From Octopus vulgaris (Eukaryota): 64,000 nt of DNA. Below are positions 52,493-64,000 of the stretch, piece by piece. Positions within the stretch are counted from its first letter, which is position 1, and every line of letters starts with the position of its first letter. The translations under genes were made by a program, and so were the position numbers. The stretch covers positions 97,340,001 through 97,404,000 of the forward strand of contig OX597823.1 of NCBI GenBank assembly GCA_951406725.2, written 5' to 3'. The notes beneath the pieces are model-generated. The model made no database searches, was not told the origin of the DNA, and saw only the letters and a program-made list of their open reading frames with translations.

Positions 52493-52929
52493 TATATATA
52501 TATATATTATATATATATATTATGTATATATTAATAGAAATATTAAGATTACTAAGTCTCTTATTTTTTAGAATGCCATATTAGTATGGTGATAACTATT
52601 AACGTATATATTATATATATAACAATAAACGTCTCCCTTTTTGAAGCCTAGCCAGGCTCATGGGCCCGGTTTCCCGGTTTCTGTGGCATATGTGTTCCCT
52701 CCAGCTTGATGGGACACCAGACCATCGTAGCATTACTCAAGCAACAGGAAGAGAGAGTGAGAGAAAGAGTACAACAGGGGTCATCACCACCCCTGCCAGA
52801 AGCTCGTGGAGCTTTTAGGTGTTTTCGCTCAATAAACACATGCAACGCCCAGTCTGGGAATCGAAACCACGATCCTCTGACCTCGAGTCCACTGCCCTAA
52901 CCACAGCACCGTTGTGCCTCCACAAATAT

Positions 52930-52988
<59 letters not shown>

Positions 52989-52991
52989 TAT

Positions 52992-53152
<161 letters not shown>

Positions 53153-53359
53153 GTGTGGGTCTATGCATTTCATATAGTGAAACAAACAAAATTCCCTTCT
53201 TTTGATTCATGACCATTGATGTTAACATAGAGAGCACAACTAAACTACAAAGCTCTGCACCACACTAAATCATGCAGATCCACAATATTCCACACAACAC
53301 AAGGAGATGCTTCAACAAATTGTAATGTTAAAAGAAATTAATATGAAAATATTACTCAC

Positions 53360-53443
53360 TTGTTTTCCTTCTGACAAGGTTTTTGGCAGCAGAACTCCCA
53401 GATAAATTAATCCAAAACATATCATGATCGGTTTTACTTCCAT
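53360..53443 (-). CDS. Putative first coding exon encoding a signal peptide
   Basis: aaacATGG context, MEVKPIMICFGLIYLGVLLPKTLSEGKQ (basic n-region, hydrophobic core, TLS-E cleavage-like site), donor CAA|gtgagt phase 0. Confidence 0.6.
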
Positions 53444-53944
53444 GTTTGGTTTTGAGAGGGAAACATAAATATATCTTTATATGTGTGTCTATATAGAGTT
53501 ATGCATGTATGTATGTATGTATGTATGTATGTATATATATATATATATATATATTTATTGTTAACTCTCTGTATATGTATGTTTCTGTGTGCCTATGCTT
53601 ATGTGTGCGTGTGTGTGTTTATTTATGTATATCTAAGAATAATTTCTTTTGTAGAAACTACTACTAATAATAGTTATTGTTGAAAATTTTTTATATATTT
53701 ATACATATTGCTTTTCATTTGATAGGGGGGGGCAGGTGTTGACTGGTTTGTGGATGAATGAGCTTCAGTGATTAAGGCAGTGGTGCAAAGAATCAAATCC
53801 TTGAGTTCCTATAACTTTTCTCATATGATGAGTACTTTTCAGTGTAACAGCTTATTTCACAGTATTTGTGCATGTGTATGTGTGGATAAGGAAGAATTAT
53901 TGGTGTGTTATGAGTATGGCTTGGCATGTGTCATGGTATTCTGT

Positions 53945-54555
53945 TATTCTTTTACTTTGTTTCAGTCATTTGACTCCAGCCATGCTGGAGCACCACCTTG
54001 AAGGGTTTTAGTCAAACAAATTGACCCCAGGACTTATTGATTTTTTTTAAAGTCTAGTACTTATTCTATTGGTCTTTTTTACCAAATCGCTAAGTTACGG
54101 GAACATAAACACATCAACGCCAGTTGTCAAGTGGTAATGGGGGAACAAATGCAGACACAAAGACACACACACACACACGATAGGCTTCTTTCAGTTTCTT
54201 GTTTCTTTAGCGCCCACAAGGGGCTACACACAGAGGGGACAAACAAGGACAGACAAATGGATTAAGTCGATTACATTGACCCCAGTGTGTAACTCGTACT
54301 TAATTTATCAACCCTGAAAGGATGAAAGGCAAGGTCAACCTCGGCGGAATTTGAACTCAGAACGTTGTGGCAGACAAAATACCGCTAAGCATTTGCCCGG
54401 CGTACTAACGTTTCTATCAGCTCGCCACTTCTTTCAGTTTCTGTCTATCAAATCCACTCACAAGGCTTTGGTCAGCCTGGGGCTATAGTAGAAGACACTT
54501 GTCCATGGTGCCTTGTGGTTAAGAAACAAGCTCCTTACCACACAGCCACACCCGT
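53945..54555 (-). mobile_element. SINE family A with a nested SINE family B (54200-54428)
   Basis: cttctttcagtttct is duplicated on both sides of the nested copy. Confidence 0.8.
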
Positions 54556-55450
54556 CCCTTAAAATTTTAGAGTGAACCCCTAATTTACAGAGTGTTCTTG
54601 GTACGATCTCAGCTAGTCTCTTAATATGCTAGTGTTGTAAGAAAAGGTGTGAAGGAAAGGACTTGAACCTGTAGTGAGTGGTTTATAATCAGCTGTTGTT
54701 TTATGAAAAGTGCAAATGGTGGTAGTTGTGAGGGGCCTGGTGTAGACAATGAGCTAGTCTGTTGCTTCATGTTTGATTCCCACATGTAGCCATTCCTACC
54801 ATTTGAGGAACTGTATATAAGCTACGTAAACAACTTTCAATACCCTCCCCTCTAGTTAGTAGGGATAATCTATCGTTCAGAAAGATTTCTGATTATTAAA
54901 GTGATCAAGGCCCAATGAAGATGATGGTGGTGGCAGGGGTATTGGTAGTGGTCGTAGTGTTTGGTGGTGGTGGTGGTGGTGGTAATGATGGTAGTAGTAT
55001 TGATAATGGGAAGTGAAAAAGTTGCCTGAAATAAGATTAAAAAAAAAAGAAAAAGGTAATAAAAATATTTTGAAAGAATTGGGGGAAAAAAATAGGAAAG
55101 AAAAAAGGAAACAAATGAAAATAATTGTTGAGGAAAGAAAACTGAAAGAAGTGGTATACAGAAGGGAAAAACAAATGAAGAGAGTAGAAGTACTCCTCAA
55201 TGAACCTACCTGTTGTTTCAAGCTGGTATCTGACCATTTTATTATCTACTGGGTGAGTGAATGAGTGAGAGGTAGAGAGAGATAAGGAGAGATAGGGAGA
55301 GAGAGAGCGAGCGTGGCTGAGAGGTTTTGATAGCCAGGTCTCTTCTTCCAGTCACGTACAATTCATCTCGCAACAAAGTAACCCTCTTCATAATCAAGTA
55401 TTTTACTCCATGAGTATTCAGAGCCTATTCAAGCTGACACTACTTTAATA

Positions 55451-56744
55451 CGAGGGGCGTTCAATAAGTAATGCCTCTGACCCACTTGCCTTTGTTTGAT
55501 CTAGCTTTGTTTGATTTTGCATGTGCAATTATTGATATCTCTTTAGATTAAGTGGCAAATTACAGCTCTGAACTAATTGTGGTTTCTGATTTACAGGTGT
55601 TTGAAATGAGTCAAGTGGGAAATGGAGCCTGTTGAGTGTCGAGCAGTGATCCGGTTTTTGTATTTGAAATGACGCACACCACAGGAGACTTTTAATGAAA
55701 TGAAAGTAACTTATGGTGATGATGCCCCATCATATGACCTTGTAAAACGCTGGCATCGTGAATTCAAACATGGTCGGAACTCTGTGGAAACAGCTCCCAG
55801 ATCTGGTCGCACCCCTTCTGCCATTGATGAGGCATCTGTCCATCAAGTTGAGGCTGCCATTTTGGAAGATCGACGCATAACTATTCGCCAAATAGCCCAT
55901 GAGGTCAAGATTAGTACCGGGTCTGTGGAAATTATCATTCATGACCATTTGCATATGCAAAAGGTGTCTGCCAGATGGATTTCCAGGTTGCTCACACTTT
56001 TCCAGAAGCAAGAACACAAGAATTTCAGAAGCAAGAATTTAGGGATGTGCCAAGAAGATGAGTCAAAATTTTTCAAAATACTGATTACACAGGATGAGAC
56101 CTGGGTCCATCACTATGATCCAGAGACCAAAGCCCAGTCAATGCAGCGGAAGCACATGTCTCACCTCCTCCAAAGAAGGCAAGGGTGCAGCCCTTCGCTG
56201 GCAAGGTCATGCTCACAGTCTTCTGGGACCAGGACGGAGTGTGATGACAGATTTCCTGGCAAAGGGTACCACAATTACAGGAGCCTATCATGTTTCACTT
56301 TTGAGGAAATTAAGAGAAGCTATCGAAACCAAGAGGCGGGGCAAGATCAGTAAAGGCATCCTCCTCCTGCAGGACAACGCTCTGGTCCACAACTCGCGTG
56401 TCGCCAGATCAGAAGCACAGGCGTGCGGCTATGACCTCTTCCCCCATTCCCCTACTCTCCTGACCTTGCACCCTCTGATTTTCACCTCTTCCCAGCCATG
56501 AAGTTGTTTTTGAAAGGAAAGCGTTTCCCAGATGATGCAGCCTTGATTTCTGAAGTCACGTCGTGGTTGGAGGACCAAGCTGGGGTCTTCTACGAAAACG
56601 GTCTCCAGAGCTGCATCAAACGATGGGAGAAATGCGTAACTCTGGGTGGTTCCTATGTAGAAAAAGACTAATAACTGTGCCAAGTTTCGTTGCTCTACTG
56701 CTATGGGAAGTTGATCAGGGGCATTACTTATTGAACGCCCCTCG
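55451..56744 (+). mobile_element. Full-length mariner element (1294 bp), transposase inactivated
   Basis: TIRs cgaggggcgttcaataagtaatgcc / ggcattacttattgaacgcccctcg and TA TSD. Transposase 55622-56671 has WISRLL, TQDETWVHHYDPE, LLQDNA and PYSPDLAPSDFHLF, with an early TGA and frameshifts. Confidence 0.95.
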
Positions 56745-56824
56745 TATTATTTGTAGTATTAAGAGTGAGCTGTTAGATTGATGAAATTTTTAGTTGGTGG
56801 CACATGTGCGTGACAGTGTATGTA

Positions 56825-56855
<31 letters not shown>

Positions 56856-56939
56856 GTGTTTGCATGTGCACATGTAAATGTGTGTCATTTTTTGCTTTGT
56901 TTTAATATATCTTTTGCTTTTCTATTTTTTTTTCCACTA

Positions 56940-57350
56940 ATCTTCCTGTTGTTGCGGTTATTGTTGTTGTTGCTGCTGGTTGCTGCTGCTAATGACATTA
57001 TAGCTTATTGTTCCTAATGTTTGTTGTTGTTGTCGGTGGTGGTGGTGTTGCTGCTGCTGATAACAATGATGATGATGACAATGATGATGATGGTTGATAC
57101 TGTTGTTGCAACTGTTGTGTTGTATATTGTTTGCTGTTGTTGTTGTCATTGGTATTACTAAGGAGGCTTATATTATGACTGATATTGCTGCAGTTGCTCC
57201 TCTCGATGTTGTTGTTGGTGCTGTTTTTGTTGTTGTTGTTGTTACTGATGTTGCTGTTACCTCTAACTTCCATGCTAGATGTTACTGTTGACACCAAAAG
57301 TGCAGTTTGTTGTCAATACTGCTGTTGTTGTTGCTGTTGCTGTCATTACT
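56940..57350. repeat. Degenerate (GTT/GCT/GAT)n low-complexity tract
   Basis: Directly visible. Confidence 0.85.
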
Positions 57351-58332
57351 ATGGCTTTCAGCCTCAGGCTTTTGTCCCTAAAAAAATTAGTCCTCTTCTT
57401 CTCTTATTTCGTCTCCCCCATCACAATCAGTAATATTTACAATGTTAATTAAACAACACATATGTGACTGTCAGAACCTGCAGAGCCTTGTACAAAATAC
57501 TCTCTCTCTTTTACTCTTTTACTTGTTTCAAGGGGAAAAGAATCAATAAAATTGATACTGGTCAAGAGCTGAATTTGGTATAATCAACCATTCCATTCTC
57601 TCTTCCAAATTATATTTATATAAGGCCACAAATTACTTTTGACTGTCTAAGTTTTGGGTTATAATGAAAGCGTTTCCAAGTATCCACGAGGATAACAATA
57701 AATTAAATGTTTATAAGAAGGTGGTGTTGATTCAATCAAATATGCCCATTTCTATCATGGAAGATTTGAAAGCAATATATGCCAACTAAAATCAAACATA
57801 CATTGCAAAAAGGAAAAAAAGGGTAAAATTATCTTCTTGAGTTGTGCTGACTTATAAGGGTTAATTTCCTGGTTTTCCACGCCCACATCATGAGTCCAAT
57901 ACCCTAACCACTTAGCCACATACCTCCACAAACATTGGGTCATACTCGACTCATTTCTCTACATTTCACTGATCTGCTACATTCAATACTCATATTCCTT
58001 TGCCATGTAGCAACTCACTCTATATGTGCTCTTCATATGGTCAATTTTTTTTCTAAATACAGAACCTTTTTTTTTCTTTTCCAAGGTTTTCCACCTCTTC
58101 CTTGCACATGTATTGCATACTTTTACTATAGCTTCTCTTTAAAGACCATCTAAGTAACAAGCATCTAGGAAATTATCTCAGCAGTTTGCAGATGTCATTT
58201 TATGAATTCCTTATGCTAACTACTTTCATACATCTAGAACAGTAGCCCTCAACCAGTTTTTGCCTATGGGAACCCATTTAATTTCTCTTTTACTCTACTG
58301 GAGTTCCATAGCCATTTGATATATATATATAT

Positions 58333-58570
58333 ATATTCTGTTGTGTCTGGGGAGAGTCATTTTCTTTTTGTGCCTTATAATGTAACACACTCACCGTTAA
58401 AATTTCCACTTATTTCTTATTTTCTATTTTCCTAAAATTTTCGTTGTGTCTTGCAACCTTTTCAAGAAACGAAAATTTTAGGAAAATAAGAAATAAGTGG
58501 AAATTTAACCGGTGAGTGTGTTACATTATAAGACACAAAAGAAAATGACTCTTCCCAGACAACAGAATAT
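58333..58570. repeat. ~240-bp imperfect palindrome (probable Penelope-like terminal-repeat derivative)
   Basis: atattctgttgtgtctggggagagtcatttt...cctaaaattttcgtt vs aacgaaaattttagg...aaaatgactcttcccagacaacagaatat. Confidence 0.8.
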
Positions 58571-59672
58571 GCTTCAACACACAAACTCATATAAAGAATC
58601 TTGCAAACCAAATCCAAAAGTGAAACATATATATAAAACCATACTGTATTTTTATAATCAAATATTATTAGGAACTGTATTAAAATTTTTAATGTTTTGT
58701 GTATTGTAGAATTAAAAGCAATTTATTGCATGTAAATTCTACCAACAAAATCTTATATGGACCCTGGTTGTGAACCCCTGATCTAGAACATCCAAAGTTC
58801 TAGTTCCTCAGTCAACCAAAGATTCTATGGTATCCTTCTGTACCCATTGTTTGCCTTGATTTCATGGTATTGAGTTCCTGCTGTTTGCCTATTGAGGCCA
58901 CTTTTCAAATGGCTAAGATTTCATGTCCTCAGCTACTCATTAATAAAGTAATGGAACGCTACTGGTTTCATTGATGAGTAATCTATTGTTGTGATCAACT
59001 GATTTACCTATTCATTGAATAAGTGGCTGAATATTCCATGGACATATTTACTCTTAATCCACATAGCACAATGTATAACCAATCAATGAGCTTCCAAACA
59101 GTTTTCATCTATCCTCTTTCACTCACAAGGCTTGGGCTGAGCTGAAGCTATGGCAAAAGACACTTTGCTGAAGATGCCATACAAGGGATAAAATCCAGGG
59201 TACATGATTGCTGAGTGATGTCTTAACTATTTAGCCATATTACATCCATAACTGCTGTATCATTAAACTACTCTTACACATCCAAAGTCCTGTTGGTCTT
59301 TCAGCCAACCAGAGATTCTACTGTCTTTTGTGCATTCATTGCTTGCATTGTGTACATGGCATCAAGTTCCTACCCATTACTTAATGTGCAAGGTCACTCT
59401 TCTCATGGACCCTTCTTTCAGTTGACTGAAATGATTAACAATCTTTTTACTTGCAATATCTTCATATTTTCGACAGAAAAAAATACCCATAAAAAGACTT
59501 GAGTTAATTTTGCCTTCCAGTATTTGCAGTACAATAAATTGTCAGTATTTCTTGAGGAAATTTCTATATTCTTATATATTGTTTTAGTGATTTCAGTCAA
59601 TTCCACTGGGGCAATGTTGGGGCATCTGCATGGCTGAAATCTGATGGTTAAAACTAAGTTTTAGTTGGTTAT

Positions 59673-59854
59673 ACTCTTTCACTTGTTTCAGTCATTTGAC
59701 TGTGGCCATGCCGGAGCACCACTTTTAGTCAAGCAAATCGACCCCAGAACTTATTCTTTGTAAGCCTAGTACTTACTCTATCTGAACTGCTAAATTACGG
59801 GGATGTAAACACAGCAGCATCGGTTGTCAAGTGATGTTGGGGGGACAAATACAG

Positions 59855-59897
<43 letters not shown>

Positions 59898-60024
59898 CGT
59901 GTCCCTTTCTGTAGAAGAGCGTAGGCTCAAAACGTAAAAGACTTTTTCTATTCCTGAGCGTTATACATCTGTTTGTTTTGTACACCACCTGTCTTTGTCT
60001 TTTGTTTTTTTTCGTAAACTCTCC

Positions 60025-60073
<49 letters not shown>

Positions 60074-60222
60074 GCTTCTTTCAGTTTCCATCTACCAAAT
60101 CCACTCACAAGGTTGGCCCAAGGCTATAATAGAAGACGCCCAAGGTGCCACACAATGGGACTGAACCTGGAACCATGTGGTTGGTAAGCAAGCTGCTTAC
60201 TACACAGCCACTCCTACGCCTA
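59673..60222 (-). mobile_element. SINE family A with a short repeat (59900-60027) nested in its microsatellite
   Basis: Head and tail match family A. The nested piece is homologous, inverted, to 20707-20830. Confidence 0.75.
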
Positions 60223-60581
60223 TACTGTATAATCTAGTATTTTATTCTTATTTTTTGAATAGCTTACGTAAATAAGCTATTCAAACACGATAGAAACAAC
60301 ATTTTATTTATTGGCAGGGATAAACAGTGATGGAAATGGCAAGGTATGCAGGGGAATGACATTCCGTAACTTTAAGCTTACAGGATTGGTGGTGGTATTA
60401 TAGTGTCTAGCCACATTCTTTCCTTACCTCGACCTCAAAGATCCTAGCAAGCAGCTAATTCTTAGAACCTACTTCCATTGTTGGGTGTAAACATGCACAC
60501 ACACAATACACTCGACTGCTTTCAACTGAATTCCGTTCCTTTGTTATTGATTAATCTTAGGATCCAATAGAAGACATTGAT

Positions 60582-62096
60582 GGGATCTTTTCGGTTTGAA
60601 CGGCTGTTTTTGATTTAATTACTAGGTAACTAAAAAATTTTAAGCTTCGTATACTGGTAGAATCTCTCTATATATAAACGGCAGTTTGTCTGTCTGTGTG
60701 TCTGTCAGGTTGTACCCTCACCCTGACCACGGCTTTCAACCGATTCTGATGAAACTTGACACACACATAGCCCAATGTCATAATTCAAAACTAACGCAGC
60801 GAGAATTTTGGAAAGTTCCCCCAGTTCTGAATAGAATCAATAAATTCGACTTGGGGTCGAGAATCCTAAGCTCTTTATATGCAACACATTTTCTGTTGTA
60901 GTTTTCGCAACCTGCAATCGATTTTCACCAAACTCATGGTGAAGCTTAATGTTACCCTAAGAAACTTAATTCTGACGTTAGTTTTCCGTGCAATACCTTA
61001 CCATCAGAAAAAATCGATAAATTCATGCCATTTTGGGAAATCGCGTTCAAATTCAAGATGACATATTTTCGACAATATCTTTCACAAATTGGCAGGAATT
61101 TTTTTAAAATTCACAGCGAGCATCATGTCTGCTCCAAGGAGCTATATGGCCCTTTTATTCCAATAGGATACTTTATTACTGGAAAAAAATCGGTTAATTA
61201 AATCATACGTGGCACACATAGCAAACCGATTTGTGTATTAAACACAAACCACAGACTGTCTAAGGGACGTAACTCGACCTTTTTAACTCCTGGAACACGG
61301 GCAGCAATGTGAGTGACAACAACAATAAAGTCAAAAGTGACCAAACTGAACAAACGAATGGAAAAGGTTTTTTGGTGCACACGACAAAAGCAGTTTATAA
61401 TAAACCAAGAGTTTGCAAGTAGCGTCCGAGGACCCTTAGGGTACGTCAAAAATTTAAGGTAAAACGTTTGGGGTGGTAGTTATAAAGAAAGTGTAAACAA
61501 AAAAAGTATTCAAATAACTTGCGGCTGCAGCAGCTATTAGCAGAAGTTGGGGGTAAAGTCTCGAATGTAATTTCTTCCTGGTAGGAATTGGTTGGGTTGA
61601 ATTATCGATAGCTGTTTGATAGTTATTTGGGAGTGAAGAGAAGACATTGCAACCTACACATGCGCCTTCGTTCCCTAGAGAGAAAGGACTAGATTGGGAT
61701 TAGTCATTGCCAACTAGGGGCACTTACATACCCGGGCAACGCCGGGCTATGCTGCTTCTGTGTTTATAAAACATCTTTTTTGCTTGGCTTTATTGAGAAA
61801 ATTCTATAGTTTGTAAGATATTTGTTGTTTTTTTCTTCAATTTCTGCAATTTCAACCAATCAATGACGTCTATTAAGGTGAAAACATTCTGTGCCGTATG
61901 AATATGTCCCTCGTTTAAGAAACAGATTGGGCTTATTTACATTTGTGAAGAAAAAAAGATACCCTTCTCCCACCCCTAACCCTAACTAACCCTAAAATAG
62001 ATTGAAATGCAATAGATCGATACTAGGGTCATAATTATGGGTGACAATTTCATATGACACTGCTAGAAAAACTGCCGTTCAAACCGAAAAGATCCC
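60582..62096. mobile_element. Non-autonomous TIR DNA transposon with a 6-bp TSD, containing a nested Helitron-like element
   Basis: TIRs gggatcttttcggtttgaacggc / gccgttcaaaccgaaaagatccc; attgat at 60576-60581 and 62097-62102. Confidence 0.85.
60663..61758 (+). mobile_element. Helitron-like non-autonomous element inserted between A and T
   Basis: 5' TCtctctatatataaa; 3' hairpin cccgggcaacgccggg followed by a mutated CTAG (cttc). The flanks read agaa|tgtgtt with no TSD. Confidence 0.65.
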
Positions 62097-63204
62097 ATTG
62101 ATGTACTACATTGCAGTCATAGGCATGGCTGTGAAGTGGGCTTCTTAACTGTGCAGCTATGCTTGCATCTGTATGTGGACAAAATTCTAACCAGTCTGAC
62201 TCCTAGTTTTCTAGTTAACTGACCTGCAGATACATATCACTTTGGGATTTCGATTAATCATTCTAAAGTTTACAATAAATTGTTATAATTAATCAAAATT
62301 TTAATATGGATGTTAATCTGTGACAGCAATAAGAAAATATTGCATCTTGAATAGTAACTCATTGTAAGTTTTAAACCCAGAGTTTCGACTTAAGTCAGCA
62401 TCCTTTTCGTTTCTCTAGTAACAATATCAACAATGAAGCGAAAGAAATCAGTGAATCATACAGTAAATTGTAGATTCACATAACAAGGAGGACACTCTTC
62501 ATACACAACGGCGCGACGCATTTTTGTTTTTATCCAAAATACAAAGAAATATAACTCTTCTCTGTTGTTTGGACATATATCTCGATGTTTTAAAAAGTGT
62601 GAGAAGTGATATAAATTGAAAATTCTCGCATTTTAATAAAAAAAAACAAACTTCAGTTCAAGAAGTGATTAAACGGAATAAACATACAAAGATGTATTTT
62701 CATTAAAAAATCTTCAATAACGGCAGTAATTAACAGATCTTTAAGTTCATAGATCGAGATATTGACACTCATGGTCAAGCAATATAGGGAGAGTATAATT
62801 TATTCAAATAAATTAGTTTTTATATCTTTGAGAGATTAAAAAAAAATTATATCTTCTTTTATTGGCTACAAGTGAGCGAAGACAACGTTTTCTTCTGTTT
62901 GAAAAGTATATAAAGAATAATCACCCATGTGCGTGAGATTTAGTGTGCAGTAATTCAAGGAAGATTTTCTTTTGCTTTCCCCCCGCCCCCTCGTTGTGGG
63001 AAAGGAAACATTTAAAAAGGATATGGCGAGGAAAATTAACAGAGGCATTAGACAGCAAGTCAAGATCACAAACGAGGAGAGGCTTCGAAGAACCAATGCC
63101 TGAGTCTTGTCATCAAGGGCAGACGAATGTAGCTGGCAGATCATGCCCTACGAATGGATGAAAATATCCCAGCAAGAATTGAAATGACATGGTGATGAGC
63201 TGGT

Positions 63205-63348
63205 GGCAAGTAGCTTGCTTACCAACCACATGGTTCCGGGTTCAGTCCGACTGCGTGGCAACTTGGGCAAGTGTGTTTTACTATAGTTTCGGGCTGACCA
63301 AAGCCTTGTGAGTGGATTTGGTAGACGGAAACTGAAGGAAGCCCGTCG

Positions 63349-63393
<45 letters not shown>

Positions 63394-63604
63394 ATATATA
63401 TACGTTTGTGTGTCTGTGTTTGCCCCCCCCCCCGCATCGCTTGACAACCGATGCTGATGTGATTACGTCCCTGTAACTTAGTGGTTCAGCAAAAGAAACC
63501 GATAGAATAAGTACTAAGCTTACAAATAATAAGTCCTGGGATCGATTTGCTTGACTAAAGGCAGTGCTCCAGCATGGCCACAGTCAAATGACAAGAGTAA
63601 AGAG
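63205..63604 (+). mobile_element. SINE family A
   Basis: Near-complete copy with the usual head, microsatellite and tail. Confidence 0.85.
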
Positions 63605-64000
63605 GTAGACCAAACCAAACCTGGAGACCCATCTTAAAAGAGGACCTGTGCAACTGTGGCACAAAATAGTTTCAAGCTTCACCTTTTGCTAAAGACAGAG
63701 AAAGATGGAAGAACACAATGGCCCATTGCCACGAGGCTGGAGGAATCAGATGATCGGATATATTTTTCTTTGTCTAGTTTCAGCCTGAAACTAAAGTTAA
63801 TTAGAATACATTATATTAATACATTGTTAATTATCATTGGCCTGTGGAAAGAAGTTGCTTCCCACCATAAGGTCCCAAGTTCAGTCCAACTACATGGCAC
63901 TTTGGGAAAGTGTCTCCTACAAAAGCCCTGGACCAACCAAAGCTTCATGAGTAGATTAGTGGATGGAAACTGAAAGAGGTTCACTGTACACACACACACA

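Noticed and set aside
55013-55264. Lys/Glu-rich ORF
   Set aside because: Purine-rich low-complexity sequence without acceptor or domain evidence.
61974-61996. Telomere-like ccctaa repeats
   Set aside because: Only about three imperfect units, internal to a TIR element.
62300-63190. Unique-looking, slightly CpG-richer stretch as a promoter for the minus-strand gene
   Set aside because: No diagnostic motif or exon boundary that can be supported without expression data.

Overview
This is AT-rich, repeat-dense animal DNA with no prokaryotic features. The SINE, RTE and microsatellite content resembles Octopus; that is an inference from repeat style, not a database match. A 100-N scaffold gap lies at 35633-35732. 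Left of the gap, a + strand spliced gene can be rebuilt by eye from 10 phase-compatible GT-AG exons (10704-34526). It encodes a Ser/Thr/Glu-rich segment followed by about 7 fibronectin type III domains, like the ectodomain of a receptor-type PTP or other FN3 surface protein. Two of its exons are missing from the ORF track, and one was recently duplicated in tandem. Right of the gap, an isolated minus-strand signal-peptide exon (53360-53443) is phase-compatible with the first FN3-gene exon. Most remaining DNA is mobile elements: a full-length Gypsy LTR element, a full-length mariner, mariner/hAT remnants, RTE, CR1-like and Tx1/L1 LINE fragments, two Penelope-like elements, Helitron-like elements, MITEs and many tRNA-derived SINEs. 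The most notable non-coding signal is a dense, diverse set of minimal hammerhead-ribozyme-like motifs, several sitting in the arms of long palindromes. All coordinates were read by eye, and repeat boundaries are approximate unless TIRs or TSDs are quoted.
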